From Chiloscyllium plagiosum (Eukaryota): a stretch of DNA of 64,000 nucleotides. This document shows positions 23,831 through 38,124 of this stretch, piece after piece; the stretch's first letter is position 1; each line of letters opens with the position of its first letter. A model generated the notes under the pieces. It saw only the letters and a list, made by a program, of their open reading frames with translations, searched no databases and had not been told where the DNA came from. The stretch spans positions 49,089,065 through 49,153,064 of the forward strand of contig NC_057728.1 of the NCBI RefSeq assembly GCF_004010195.1, given 5' to 3'. The translations under genes and the position numbers were made by a program.

Positions 23831-26800
23831 AATTTTAATTGTAATGAAAGTTGCACAAACTCAATGCTGTTGTCACAATGGGAAGCTTAATTTCCCTTAC
23901 AAAAGAAGGTCTGAAAATGATTTAATGATGGAAACCTCAAAAAAGTTCTCTTTTGAAGGGGTGTGCCCAATGGAGGAACTAAGCTTATTGCTTTCTGGGG
24001 ATATTTTAAAATGATGTTACACTTGGATTGACAATGACATCAAATGCAAAATTAATTGTCAGCAAATCTAATATTTCCAAGTTCAACATATTTCCATACA
24101 TGTGGAAGTACTTCATATTAAATATGCCTTTTCTTTGTCTGTGAGGTTGAAAGGATTTCAATCATATAGCAGATAACACAATTATGGTATAAATACACAG
24201 CCAATTGAAGTGAAATTTTGCAATACAACTTAAGCACACAATAATGGTGTTGCAGTGTATGCTCTGGTCCTTCACCGAAAAAAAAATGTTTTTATATTTC
24301 ATTTCTACATGAAAATTTTGAAAACCTAAGTCTTTACAAGACTTGTTCTGAGAATGATTCCATCAATTTGAGATTATGCTCTGCACACCCACATCCACGT
24401 CATTAATGAAAATGAAGGAGATAGCAATGGTTCCAAATGTTGAGGAACCCTGACGTAGGCCTTGTCCTTGTTCAAACAGCATTCAATCACCACTTCGATT
24501 TCCTGTCATTAAGCATCTTTTTGTACAAACTGCTACTTTCCATGTGTTGTAGGCTTAAACTTTGCTAAGCTTTAGTGATAACTTGTACCCATTTCTGAAG
24601 TCCATTACACCACATTAATTCTATTTAATCTCATTAACTCTTAAGTCAAGTTAAATATGATTTGTCCTGGCTTGGTTGAATTAAACCAATTTTTTTCCCC
24701 CAAGTGGCTGTTAATGATAATAAAAACAAAAATTAAATACTTTTCAGCTATAGAGATCTTGAAAGTTCAAATCCATGTCTTGCAGTTTCCATATTTATCT
24801 TTGCATCATTTATGGACAACATATAACATTTGCAATTATCCAGTCATCTAGGCACCAGGACAATTGGAAGATTGTGTCTACTGCCCGCACAGCTTCCAGC
24901 CTTTCTTACCGAGTTGCATCTGGTCTGATCCCAGTGACTAAGTATGGTCAGCTTAAATGTTTCCTCTTTGAAAGGGCAAGAGATAAAATTTGACAGTGTT
25001 CAAATTTGCCAGGAGTCCAGACAGAATAGACAGGAAGCAACCATTCCCATTACTGGGAACACAGAACAGGACATCAATTTATGGGGAATGCAAAATAAAC
25101 AAAGGTGACAAGAAAAATAAATTTAAATAAATGGCGGTTGGTTAGCATCTGGAATGCATCAATGACTACTGGAGGCAGATTCTTCATGGCTTGAGAGAAC
25201 TGAGATAATTATGAGAAAATATCTGTAGAGCTACAGAAAAAAACTTGGCTCTCAAAAAACCAATAGTCACAGAACTGCATTCTAGTGTTGTGAGAACAGC
25301 CTGCTTGTCAACAGCGCATAGTTCATTTCAGTTGATATTAATAAGCAACTTTGTACAGATGTTCTTATAGTACGTGACCAGCAATTGCTGGTTAAGACTG
25401 AATTCTAGTTCCTCTATGCACTTCATTTACACTCATGCACCAATTATAAAAATGATAGCACGAGCATTAAATCAACTTATCCTGGCTTCAAGAAAAGTTG
25501 GTGTCCAATGGATGTCACAAATTATGCCTAGCAGTATTAAAGCCAGTCCATACAAACATTTGATTGGGCTAATTAGATGTTACAATCTACTCAGACCAAA
25601 GATTTTAATTCTTACTACATATAGTAAAAGTGTCGAGTGTAATTTTAATGCATGCTGGAGCAATACATCTTTGGAGGTGGTTTTGTGGTGCAATGTGTTG
25701 AATACATTAAATGAATAAACCAACATGTGAAAATCACTTTCTACAACTTTATTAAGTGCTCTAATATGGCAAATCCACATACCAAGATCTCCAGATAGGA
25801 AATAATGTCTCATGGTGATTATATAGGTACTACCAATATTGAAAATGAAATCTCAACAAAGCTTGAAAATGGAAATACTTAGATGACCAGCTTTTACAAT
25901 GAAAATTCTTCACAGTACAAACCTTTAAGGCACACGAATTCCAAAATACTCTATAAAAGGTATCATAGTGCATTTATTCAAGGTTTAACATCTATGGATA
26001 CTTTCTACACTATTATTTTGTAGTGATATAAAACATTTGAAGAGTTGATGAATCTTGTAACGAAAGCAGAATGCATGAATATTAAGCTAAGAACAGCCAA
26101 TAGGGAGAGCTATGTCCATTTTCTGGGCAATCTATCCAGCAAACAGGATTAGGAAATAGAGTAAAAGCAAAATACTGTAATGCTGGAGGTATAAAGATTA
26201 AAAAAAAAGTGTTGGGAGAAACCCAGTTGCTTGCCAGCATCTGTGGACAGTGAAATATTTAACAATCTGAAACCAAAGACTTGAAGAAAAGTCATGCTGC
26301 TCTTAATGTGTTCACTGCTTCTCTCTCCACAGATGTTGCCAGTCCTGAACTTTCTCCAGCACTTTGGTTTCAGTTGGGAATTACAGAATTCAAATGATTA
26401 AGCCATTTAAAAGGAATAGGGTTGAAGCTGAATCCAAATATGGGTCACAAAACAATGCACATAATTTCTATTCCACCAAAAAAGGATGTAATCACTGCAA
26501 CTATTAAAGCTTTAAAAAGATTAAAACATTCACAATCCAGATATAATTAGGAAATCAATAATAAAAACACAATGAGAAATGGCACAAAACAACTGATTTG
26601 ATATTTAGAATTTTGAAATAATAGGGATAACTGTATTTTTACTTGGCGATCACATTCGAATTATATTACAAAAGCAATTTTGCACACCCATGGACAGTTA
26701 AGTTTAAAATTGTATTTATACAGATAACAAAGCCAGCATTTTACAGCATTTACACAACATACAAAACTTTTACAATGGAGTATTTTGTACAAGCCCCTGC

Positions 26801-29800
26801 TTTTGATTACTGTGGATAATTCCTCATGCAATTTGTAGACTAAATTTGTGAGTACAAGACAACTATTATCAATACTTTATTCACCACATTAAGGCATTGT
26901 ACCCCTAATTGGCTTATAAAGATGAAATAGAAATTTTCTGCAACTGTGAAATGACATAAGCAGCACTACAGGAGCTACCATTTCACAAAACAAAAAAAAA
27001 CACCAGACAGGTTTCCTAAATTTGCAGGGAATGTTGATACAAGCAAATACTGAAAGGTGCAACACAGAACGTATTTAAGTGGGACATCTCACTGGAGTAT
27101 ATTTTGAAACATCTATATAAAACAAAAACTTTATTTGAAACAATTCAAGGCTCTGAAGCAACAAACTATTTTATTTTGAAATTAAGATTTAGTGAGGATT
27201 AAGTTGTTAGACTTTTGCTAGATACAGGACATGGCCAACTTTTCATTGTGGGGTCAGAGCAACTTTAGTTTTTCTCCAAAGGAAATCCAAGGGAAAATTT
27301 AAGAAAACCAACATTGAGAAATACTGGTGACCAATATGAAGGTCCAATTTAAAAGCTTATAATTGAGACCACATTCCAGATAAATATACACAGACTTTCA
27401 AGGAAAAATACAGACCATCTGATTCAACCTTTTATACAAGGTAAACAGTTTTACAGATCAGTCTCAATCACAGGTGCCAAACACCACCAAAATATATCAC
27501 AAGTGTATGCACACCGCCTTGAATGTTAGACGTTTTTTGAAAGGTTTTATGTGCAAATTGCTCTGTAAATTTGGTGAAATTCTACAAGCTCGCATGAGAT
27601 TGCACTTGAATCTTAGTCATTAATGTTTAACAAAACAGAACCAAAACGTTGCTAGCAAATGGGAAATTCTCGGGGAAGACTGTACAGCTTCAATTGCATA
27701 TGTTTAATAAACATTTTAATCATCTTTCTACGTAACGTACAAAAAGATTAATGCCCCCTCCTGACAAAGAACCTCTTTGCACCCTTCCAATTGACACTCA
27801 AATCACATGCATGAATTAGAGTTGCCAGAGACATCTTATTAGCCAAAATAATAGTATAAAACTTTAATTTAACGTCATTAAATTTGACACTTGCAGTGAC
27901 TATAACTATTTAATTTGAGAGACTGTTCAAGAATATACTGTGCAACTTTGTTACAATAATTTGTATTGCAGACAATTTACATGTAGTGATAGCATGCACA
28001 AAATAAAATGCAGCTGAGATAAGAACTTGTAACCGAATTCCATAATATTAAAATCATTATGAAGTTGTCCTTCAGTAACTACAATGAAAGTCAACAAAAA
28101 CCCAACCTAGTGCCGAATGAGTGTAAACAGCTGGTTTCTTTTGGCATCATTGCTTTAAGGCAGCAACAGATAACTGCAGCACTAAAGACAGTTCTTAGAG
28201 AGGCAACTTATGGAAATGCATTGTCAGATGAAAAACTCAAGTCAACCAGGCTTCAATTGTACACAAATATCAGATTCAAGCAATTGTTCTTTCAAACTAC
28301 AGTAAACTTCAAACTGTGAAACCTGTTTACACTTAGGTGATAGAAATTATCTCCAGCAACGATATTCAATTGAAGACGGAACTGAACAGCAATGAGGAGG
28401 ATAATTGTCCAATTAAGGATAGTGAGCAAAAATATTCAAAAGCCAAATACAGCAAGATGAAAAATTATGATAAAGATGTTTGATTGCTTATTTTTCATCA
28501 TATAAACCACTGATTGCTATTTATTATCTTTTCGCCTTAAGAGTTTAGGACTGATTTCCCTGTGGCTCAATTAGTACAGTTTAGTGCCAATATCTGGAAA
28601 TATCACAAAATTAAACATGCAAAGCCTTCAGCACAACTACACTATTAACCTCAACCAAGTAAGTGTAGTAGACTTAAGCAATGTAACTCACAACCTAAGT
28701 TCCTGAAATGCTTCACATTAGAATCCTTGAATCCAAAATGTTCTTACTACTAAGCAATAGTGATTGAAGAGGTCTGTTGATATACAGCAATGTCTTTATG
28801 ACTAATTTGCTACTATTTATCTCATGAACTTTGTAACTGCAATACTTGGGAATGACAAAAATCAGAGTTGCTTTCAGATTTCATTATGTGAAGTATATCA
28901 GCATACCACAGACATTCAGCATCTCAAATTTAATACAAAACAATTTGGGGAAAATCACTTAAATTCATGAGATTTACATGAGGGAAAGCTAGAACTTTAT
29001 GTATGAATAATATAAAAACAAAACAGCTTTCCCTGGTATGGGTGTTTTTAAAATCTCACAAAAGAAACCATGAAAACATCCATGACATGATCGGTGATCG
29101 GGTGCCCATCAAATTAAAAAACTGCAGAACAAGTTTTTTTTTTTAAAATGAACAAGCCCATTTACCAAATATATACTGAAGGTCAAAAAGCAAAAAATTA
29201 GAGTTTTTCTAAAAATACCGGTTGCTGGATTCAGAAAAGTCTCTAAATAGTGTTATGGACCATCAGAGCTTTAAGTGCAAGTCAGAGGCAAGAATTTGAA
29301 TTTACTTTTTAAACTAACTTTACAATAAACTTTGTCAAAAAACAAAAAATTCAAATAGCCCACTACTGTTACCAACTTATTTACCTGTAGGGAAAAAATA
29401 AACTGTCAACCAACTTGTAACTTTTTTTCCTGAATGTGATACTTGAAGACTGCATCACAACAAACATCACCTGAACATTTGTTTATTTAATTACTCATCA
29501 TTGCTATGTTCCCTTTGCTTTGTCATTATGGGCCAACTCAAAAAAATTAATAAATGCCACAAAGGTTACGGCATAATTTATACTCAAGTCAAGACTTTAA
29601 TGAATTGTAGTTTATTGAAAGCAAGTCAAAATGCCTGGACAAAAAGACGTAGAATAAAAAGGTCTTAACAAATAGCACATGTTCCATTTTGAAAATTAAT
29701 CCAAGGTAATTATGCAGGATTGGCCTAATCTGGAAACTATTTACACTAAGTGTAAAACACTGGAAAGCTTTAAACTGAATATTTATCCAGGCAGCTGAGA

Positions 29801-30027
29801 AGAAAACCTATAAGACAATTTGTGGGGGTGCATGAAAGCATCTTGGAGGTAAAATACACATATCCGTCAGCTTCGAGTGCATAATACATTAAGTTGTTCT
29901 TTTCAGTAAATGTGCCAGAAACCTCCAAATGCTTCAAATACAATTCTCCAGTCTCAAGCACCACCCAATAATGCAAGGATTGCCAGTAAATTTATTACAA
30001 CACCTTTTATAAATGCAGTCAGAATAT

Positions 30028-30318
30028 GGGGTGGCACAGTGGCTAGCACTGCAGCCTCACAGCACCAGGGTCCCAGGTTTGATCCCAGCCTTGGGTGACT
30101 GTCTGTGTGGAGTTTGCACATTCTCCCAGTGTCTGTGTGGGTTTCCTCCCACAGTCCAAAGATGTGCAGGTTAGGTGAATTGGCCATTCTAAAAATTGTC
30201 CATAGTGTTAAGTGCATTAGTCAGAGGGAAATGAATCTGGGTGGGTTACTCTTCAGAGGATCAGTGCGGACTTGTTGGGCCGAAGGGCCTGTTTCCACAC
30301 TGTAGGGAATCTAATCTA
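30028..30318 (+). mobile_element. tRNA-derived V-SINE (HE1-like)
   Basis: GGTGGCACAGTGGCTAGCAC head, V-domain, GGCCGAAGGGCCTGTTTCCACACTG tail, (CTAAT)n end. Confidence 0.9.
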
Positions 30319-31423
30319 TCATTTGTTCAGTATATCATGGTCTTTTACTCATCTTGTGGGGAACATGAACTTTGCGGCTTCATATGCTCAATGTCTTAGG
30401 ATTAATTACTGTGGCCAATTATTTCGACAAAAACACACCACCCCCACACTCCCCCGATCTGTAAATTTAGCAATTAAGAAATGCTCAAGTTTTGAGTGTT
30501 AGGTCCCTGTAAAAATCTAATTAGCCATCAAGAGAATACGTATCAGAGCCCCATTCCCCTAAATATAGAAACTATCAAATAGCTACACAAAAGAAAAACT
30601 TAAAATTAGTGCATATTCCAACCTCAAAACAAATGGCAAAATTACAAGTACATCCTTTAGATATCAAAAACTTACTTCTGGAAAGCTGTTCGGTTTATAT
30701 CAGAATTACTGACACTTGGAAGCATTTCTACAACATACTAAATCACCCAGAAATCTCTCTAGCTTAGGAACAGTAAACAGAGTTATAAAAGGGTGAATTA
30801 AAAACTGACGCCCAAATGGTAATCTTCCAAGCTGGAAGCACAGGGACAAGAGGGAGCTTTGTAAGAAGCCAGCATTCCTGCATCAATGACATTGGCATTG
30901 AACTTATTAGTAAAAAGTGCTCCACAACATTTGTGCTGAGACAGGGGACAGAGATAAGGATAATGGGAAATAAAGAATCCAATAAAGACCATGATTTGAT
31001 GCAGAACTTCACACTATCCAAGGAACCCATATTGCTTGATAATTACTTCTGCAAATGAATTTCAAGACATGGTTCTCGACCAAATTCTAAACTACAGCAG
31101 AAATTGAGAATAGAAGAATGAGCTGATACCCAAAAACTTTGAAAATTCTTACATGTAGAGCAATGAGTTAATCTGTAAGTGTAAATGAATTAAATTATAA
31201 TTAATAATAAATTAGACACCAAAACATCTCTGGCAATAAATTCAGGAATACTTACCGAAATTAAGACTTATCTGACTGTGGTTAACAGGTTCTTTATAAC
31301 TTAAGGTCCCAATCGAATGCTACTTCACAAAATTGAAGTGCCTTACATCTGCTTGTAAAATAGGCAGAAACGTAAAACATAATTTTACAGTTAAAAACAG
31401 ATAAAACAGAGAAACCCACCTAT

Positions 31424-31619
31424 TTAACGATGACGATACTCTCGTTCTCGGTCTCTCTCTCTGTCTCTATCGCGTTCACGATCACGATGCCTTTCCCGCT
31501 CTCTACTTCTTTCACGGTAATAGTCATCATGTCGGTCACGGCTTCGTGAGCGCTCTTTGTGGCGTCTGCTTTTCTCTCTTGATCTACTGTGGTCCCTCTC
31601 ACGTGAACGTTCACGTTTT
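31424..31619 (-). CDS. CPSF6: CPSF6 coding exon 9 (RS/RE/RD domain, stop codon)
   Basis: cttag|A acceptor; KRERSRERDHSRSREKSRRHKERSRSRDRHDDYYRERSRERERHRDRERDRDRERDREREYRHR-TAA; donor ATAG|GTGGGT 4 nt after the stop (31419). Coding exons sum to 1668 nt = 555 aa + stop. Confidence 0.96.
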
Positions 31620-31961
31620 CTAAGATGGGTTTAAAAAAAACTGATCAACCTAGAGTTAAGTAGTCACATTTCATTCAGTGTTTTGCCTGGTTGAACAGGT
31701 TAATTGACTAGTTTCTATCAGTAGTAGTGTCACACCCTGAGAACTATTTCTAGATTTTGTTTTGGCTAGCTGTTCATGATCAGCCAAAATCTTTTTCCTT
31801 CACCTAAAGAAGGATGTCAGTACCCTGAGGCACTATCTGCCTCCCTGTTTCTGAACAGATAGTTCTCCTATAATGCCGTGGTTGCGTTCCAGCAAAACCT
31901 TAATAGAAATAATGGCACTTATCGGAAAAGTGAGTTTAAGGACAGACAGTAAAAAAAAAAA

Positions 31962-32075
31962 ACAGGCAAAAGTGAGGTCTGCAGATGCTGGAAACCAGAG
32001 TTTAGGTCAGAGTGGTGTTGGTAAAGCACAGCAGGTCAGGCAGCATCCGAGGAGCAGGAAAATTGACGTTTTGGT
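31962..32075 (-). mobile_element. Penelope-derived terminal-repeat fragment
   Basis: AAAGTGAGGTCTGCAGATGCTGG...CAGCAGGTCAGGCAGCATCC, same family as 57117-57327. Confidence 0.7.
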
Positions 32076-33444
32076 AAAAGAAAATCACTCAATTCCTCAA
32101 AAAATATCCAAAAGTCTAATGCAAAGCATAGCACTGCGTGATTGAAGATTGAATTCATATTCATTATGAAAAAGTAAATTTAACACTGTACATATAAAAA
32201 ATGTTAAGAAAGCTGCTCTCTGTAAATTATCTTTCACAGAAAACTGCTGTCAGCACCTGACATCGGTGCATGCACAATATGGCACGAATACCAGAATTGA
32301 ATGTGCGCACGCAGAATGGTGTGGACACCAGCACATGTGCAAAATGGCACAGACACCAGCGCATGTGCAGAATGAAGAGCATGAACAGACCCCTGCTGGA
32401 ATCACGCTATTACAAACAAGGATGAGCGCTCTTGAAAATATTGTACCCTAATTCTTCAGCAATGTTAAGCCAAACCATGCTGCCATAATGTACGTTATCC
32501 CAGAACTACCTGCATTTGAACTTAATGTATAAAATGATATAATGCATATCATGGAATTTCCAAGAACATTCCAGAAATTTCCACCTACAAAGAATCAACA
32601 TCTGTCAAGAAATCATTGATATTTATCTAGAGAAGAAGCTAACTTCTGGATAGTTGTATGTTAAACACGAAGCAGAAATGGCAATTAACAGACTTCTTTT
32701 TGTTCACTATGTGCTCAGCTAAAGAGATTTACAATGTTCAATCTATATCAACCTCATCTCAAGTTTTATCCTCCACTTTTCCTGAGCTGGAAGAACCTTT
32801 GAAAAGCCCTCACATGGTTTTAAACCTCAACCTTTAAAAGGATCTTTCATCCCAATTCCTGAAACTACCCAAATCTTTAGAGGGACATCTGCAAAATGAA
32901 ATGAATGGTTAAACCTTGTCTTTTACTTTGATGAAATAAGGCATCCTTAAATTATAATTTTCCCATAAGTTCTTAATTACTTTAAATTAGCTATCGTTTT
33001 CCTGGTCTAATTCTGGGAATGCAATTACATGTTGGTTATCAACTAGGATGAGGATGAGAAGTTGGCATACTAACTAGCAAAATGGAAAAAAACATCCAGT
33101 TTTATTTGGCTCCTACCAAAAGGCACCGATTCCTGCATAAATCACTGGAGCACCATGTGACGAGACTTTTTATACAATGTATTTAAACTAAAACATGGCC
33201 TCCAGTTAAACCAGTACAGGTTCACAGAAGCAGACGTTAAAACTAAATAAACATTACAGTTTATTTAATTTTATCACAAGGTCTGAAACTGATTACACAG
33301 CATTCCATTTCAGCAAATTTTCTCCTTTCCACACTTTCCCTAATACTTTCTTCACCTCATGAGGTCCTGGTCGATTTGAATCCAAAATTCAAAATCCTGA
33401 ATTCAAAATTTGTAGACTTAAAACCAAAAATTAAATATGCTCTT

Positions 33445-35370
33445 AAAGTCACAGATGTACAATACAGAAACTGACCCTACGGTCCAATTCATTTGTGGGC
33501 GGCACGGTGGCACAGTGGTTAGCACTGTTGCCTCACAGCGCCGGAGACCCGGGTTCAATTCCCACCTCGGGCGACTGACTGTGTGGAGTTTGCATGTTCT
33601 CCCTGTGTCTGCGTGGGTTTCCTCCGGGTGCTCCGGTTTCCTCCCACAGTCCAAAGATGTGCAGATCAGGTGAATTGGCCATGCTAAATTGCCCTTAGGT
33701 AAGGGGTAAATGTAGGGGTATGGGTGGGATGCGCTTCGGCGGGTTTGGTGTGGACCTGTTGGGCCGAAGGGCTTGTTTCCACACTGTAATGTAATGTAAT
33801 CTAATCTAATCCATGCCAACCAGATATCCCAACCCAATCTAGTCCCACCTGCCAGCACACAGCCCATAGCCCTCCAAATTCATAGGCCCAACTGCCTTTT
33901 AATGTTGCAATTGTACAAACCGCCACCATTTTCTCTGGCAGCCCATTCCACACTGCACCAGATCCCTGCGTGACAAAGTTGCCCCTTGGGTCTCTTTTAT
34001 ATCTTTCCCCTCTCACCCTAAACCTATGCTCTCTAGTTCTGGATTCCCCCAACCCAGGGAAAAGACTTTGTCTATTTAGCCTATCCATGCCCCTTGTGAT
34101 TTTATAAACCTCTGTAAAGGTGACCCCTCAACCTCCGACGCTTCAGGGAAAACAGCTGTAGCCTATGCAACCTCTCTCTAGCTCAAATCCTCCAACCCTG
34201 GCAACGTCAGTGTAAATCTTTTCTGCACCCTTTCAAGTTTCACAACATCTTTCCAATAGGAAGGAAATCAGAACTGCATGCAATATTCCAACAGTGGCCT
34301 AATCAATGTCCTATACAGCCACAATATGACCTCCCAACTCATGTACTTAATACTCTGGCCAATAAAAGAAAGCATACCAAACGCCACCTTAAATATCTGC
34401 GACTCCACTTTCAAGGAACTATGAACCTGTACTCCAAGGTCTCTTTGTTCAGCAACACTCCCTAGGACCTTACCATTAAGTGTACAAGTCCTGCTAAGAT
34501 TTGCTTTCCCAAAATGCACCACCTCGCATTCATCTACTTTTCTAACCCCATCTGCCATTTCTCGGCCCATTGACCCATCTGATCAAGATCCTGTTGTAAT
34601 CTGAGGTAACCTTCTTCGCTGCCCACTACACCTCCAATTTTGGTGTCATCTGCAAACTTACTAATTATACCTTGTATGCTCACATCCAAATCATTTATAT
34701 AAATGATGAAAAGTAGTGGACCCAGCATCGATCCTTGTGGCACTCCACTGGTCACAGGCCTCCAGTCTGAAAAACAACCCTCCACCACCACCCTGTCTTC
34801 TACCTTTCAGCCAGTTCTGTATCCAAATGGCTAGTTCTCCCTGTATTCTGTGAGATCTAACCAGTCTCCCAATGGGGAACCTTGTCGAACGCCTTACTGA
34901 AGTCCACATAGATCACGTCTACCGCTCTGCCCTCATCAATCCTCCCTTTGTTACTTCTTCAAAAAACTCAATCAAGTTTGAGAGACATGATTTCCCATGC
35001 ACAAAGCCATGCTGACCATCTCTAATCAGTCCTTGCCTTTCCAAACACATGTACACCCTATCCCTCAGGTTTCCCTCCAACAACTTGCTCACTGCCAACG
35101 TCAGGCTTACTGGTCTATAATTCCCTGGCTTGTCCTTACCCCCCACCTTTCTTAATTAGTGGCAGCACGTTAGCCAACCTCCAGTTTTCCGACATTTCAT
35201 TTGTGACTATCGATGATACTAATATCTCAGCAAGAGGCACAACAATCACTTCCCTAGCTTCCCACAGAGTTCTAACGTACACCTGATCAGTGGGGATTTA
35301 CCCACTATTATACGTTTCAAGACATCACGCACTTCCACCTCTAACTTTGGACATTTTTCAAGATGTTCTT
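33445..35370 (-). mobile_element. CR1-clade LINE (RT and 3' end) with nested SINE
   Basis: [21 protein letters not shown] and [10 protein letters not shown] motifs in ORFs 34268-35146. Confidence 0.92.
33497..33810 (+). mobile_element. Young V-SINE (HE1-like) inserted into the CR1 3'UTR
   Basis: CpG-intact head GGGCGGCACGGTGGCACAGTGG, V-domain, (GTAAT/CTAAT)n tail. Confidence 0.92.
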
Positions 35371-35984
35371 TAGGAAACTCAAGCTTATACGATTTAGATA
35401 GGCACTTCTGTATTTCCACGGTATTTACAACTGTTTACCCTCAATAAATCCATGCTAGTGCCATGCTCCACAAAATTCTCCTTCCAGTCTTCATCTAACT
35501 CACCCTCAAGTATTTACCAAACTTACTCAACACGTTATTCATCTCATCATCTCTTAGAATCACAATTTTTAAGAATGTAGCAATACTCCACAAAAGTGGT
35601 CTTTTTTTAATTTCCTACTGCACTTATCAGAGTTGCAAATGGTAGCAACTCTTCAATTTCAATGAAATTCTTTCATAACCCTGAATGCCTCTCCGATTAG
35701 TTTCACGGCTTCTCAATTTTAGACAAATAAGAAGGGGAGTCCTGGCATCATGCTAGCATTTTATTTTTACACGTTCCACAACAACTCCAGATAATATTTG
35801 TTACAGAGACTAAAAATGTTTGTGATACTCTGTGATCCAACACAGATTCCACACAAGTTTAATCTAACATTTCACTTATAATTATATCCTTTAGAAAAGA
35901 TACTTTTTAAAAAAAAAGTAAATAGCCTACTCATCAGAGGTAGTGATCGGTTATCTGTTCTCCAACTCATTCCTTATCTTCTAA

Positions 35985-36400
35985 AGGAAAAGGCTTGGCA
36001 CTGCAACTGCTCTGCCCAGGATAGTAAGAAACAACTCAGTCACACAAGCCAACCTTCCATCCACTGATTCCATCTGTACTACTTGCTGCGTTAGGAAGAG
36101 AGCCAACATAATTCAAGACACCTCCCACCCCATTTATAACTTTTTTCAACCTCTTCTGTCAGGCTGAAGATACAAAAGCTTAAACATGTATCTACAGGTT
36201 CAAGAACAGTTTCTTTCCTGCTGTTAAGACTTCTGAATGGACCTCTCAAATTTAATGCTGACCTCACTCTGTTCGTTTTCTATAGGATTGTATTCCACAT
36301 TCTGTTCTATTACCCTTATGCACAATGGTGCGATCTGAGTGTACTGCATACAAAACAAAAACAGTTGCATTGTACCAAGGTACATGTGACAATAAAATCA
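35985..36400 (+). mobile_element. Rex1/Babar-like LINE 3' end
   Basis: Degenerate reading IIQDTSHP...FQ.L.SG.RY.S...RFKNSFFP resembling Rex1-type RT C-termini; AATAAA at ~36391. Confidence 0.6.
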
Positions 36401-37013
36401 GATAAGTTGCCTCATCATTATAAAAGGGTGCCACTTACATTGAAGCTCAGTTCCCTTCAGCAATCATATACTTTGCAGCCCAATTCTGCATCATTATTTG
36501 CAATAATATACTCAGACAATGCAATGACATACATAGCCCAAGACAGTATTTTTGTAGTATGTTCATGCTTAGAATGGATGACTCAGCTACAAGATTATCA
36601 GACACCATACTCCAATTTTACCCCAGGCTTACCTAGAATTCCAACAGGAAATTAACCATCTATTTCAATTTGCTCTCTCCTCAGTTGATCTCTCAAAAAC
36701 TAAGATAGCCCCTTTGGAGGTAAATGTCAAATTTGATATAACCTCCCACCCTTTTCTCACTGCATAGGCTTAAGGACAAATAATTCTGAACAGCATCGCC
36801 AGAGAATGTAACTGAAGTAAATACCTTGGCGGAGCGGGGGTGTCGAGTGATATTTTTGAAATGGAACAGAAAGTGAAATTGACACACACACTACTGACTA
36901 CTACGTTACCAAAATAATTATTGATTGTACTTTGAATCATCAGAAAATAATTTTTGTTATTTATTAACCTCAGTTAAATTGCTGAACTTTAAAAATGGCA
37001 ATTATTGCCTTAC

Positions 37014-37167
37014 CGTGACCCAGAACCATATGACTTTGATTCTATTCCATGGAGACAATCCTGTAGAGAACTTATGAGAACTTTGCAACGGTCGTCTGCA
37101 GATACTTTAGATTGCTTTATCAAAGAAATAGCAGTAACCAGGGTTTCAATAGCACTCCCGTAATCAC
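37014..37167 (-). CDS. CPSF6: CPSF6 coding exon 8
   Basis: tttcag|GT acceptor; [60 protein letters not shown] donor; 154 nt. Confidence 0.97.
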
Positions 37168-38124
37168 CTGAAATCCAAAAAAAACCCATTAATCTATTAA
37201 AATTGTTCAGCTTTCCAGAGTTAACTAAAAGTTAAATTCACGTTGAATTTTTTACTTACAGCTACTGCGCCTTATTTAACCCAAGCCCTGCAACTTTAAC
37301 TTTGATCTTACATTCTGACATTTACTTTAGCCTAAAAATAGATCAACTTCAGTTCAGTTCATGGTCCTATTGATAAAATCATAAGAAAAAGAACAGGAGT
37401 AGACTGTTCAACTCGTCGAGCTCACTTCACCACTCAACATCACAGCTGATCTGACAACCCTCACATCAACCTTCCTGCCCTTTCTCCATAACCCTTAATT
37501 ACGACACTGTCAAGAATCAATCTTCGGATTCTGCCCGCTCAGCACTCTGCAGCACGGAGTTCCCAAATCACTCAACCCACCAAATAGCTAATGCATATAG
37601 ACCAAAAGGGCCTTAATTTAATCTCCAAGCACATTCCTATTTTCCCATCAATTTGTTTAAGTCATGTTATTACACATTGCTGAAACAAGTGGGACTTGAA
37701 CCTGGGTCTCCTGGCTCAAAAAAAAAGAACACTATTACTGCATCACAACAACCATTATCTCAAGATTGCTCAACTTGCTGCATTAATTAATCTCAGTTAG
37801 CCAATCAACTGGATCTACAGTTGAAAACTGCTTTGGTTGGAGATTAATGGGGAGCAGGGGAGAATGCAGTTGCAATGTTTTGGTTCTACTGCTGAATGCC
37901 CAAAAGATTCCTACTAACACAAACATCATGATAGTGAGTCAAATAGTACATTTTCATACATAATGCACATACTTTCTGAAGATCGATGAATCAACTGAGT
38001 CTCAATTAAACAGGCAAAGCACTATGTGGTTTATAGTATCAGTACAATCCTGGATAAACTTTTCAGAATAGAAGCAGTATTGAGGGTGGATTGAGAAGTA
38101 AAGAATCAAATTGCTCCAATTTAC

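Noticed and set aside
31420..31614. ORF MNVHVRGTTV...
   Set aside because: Alternative frame of CPSF6 exon 9; splice phase selects the RS-domain frame.
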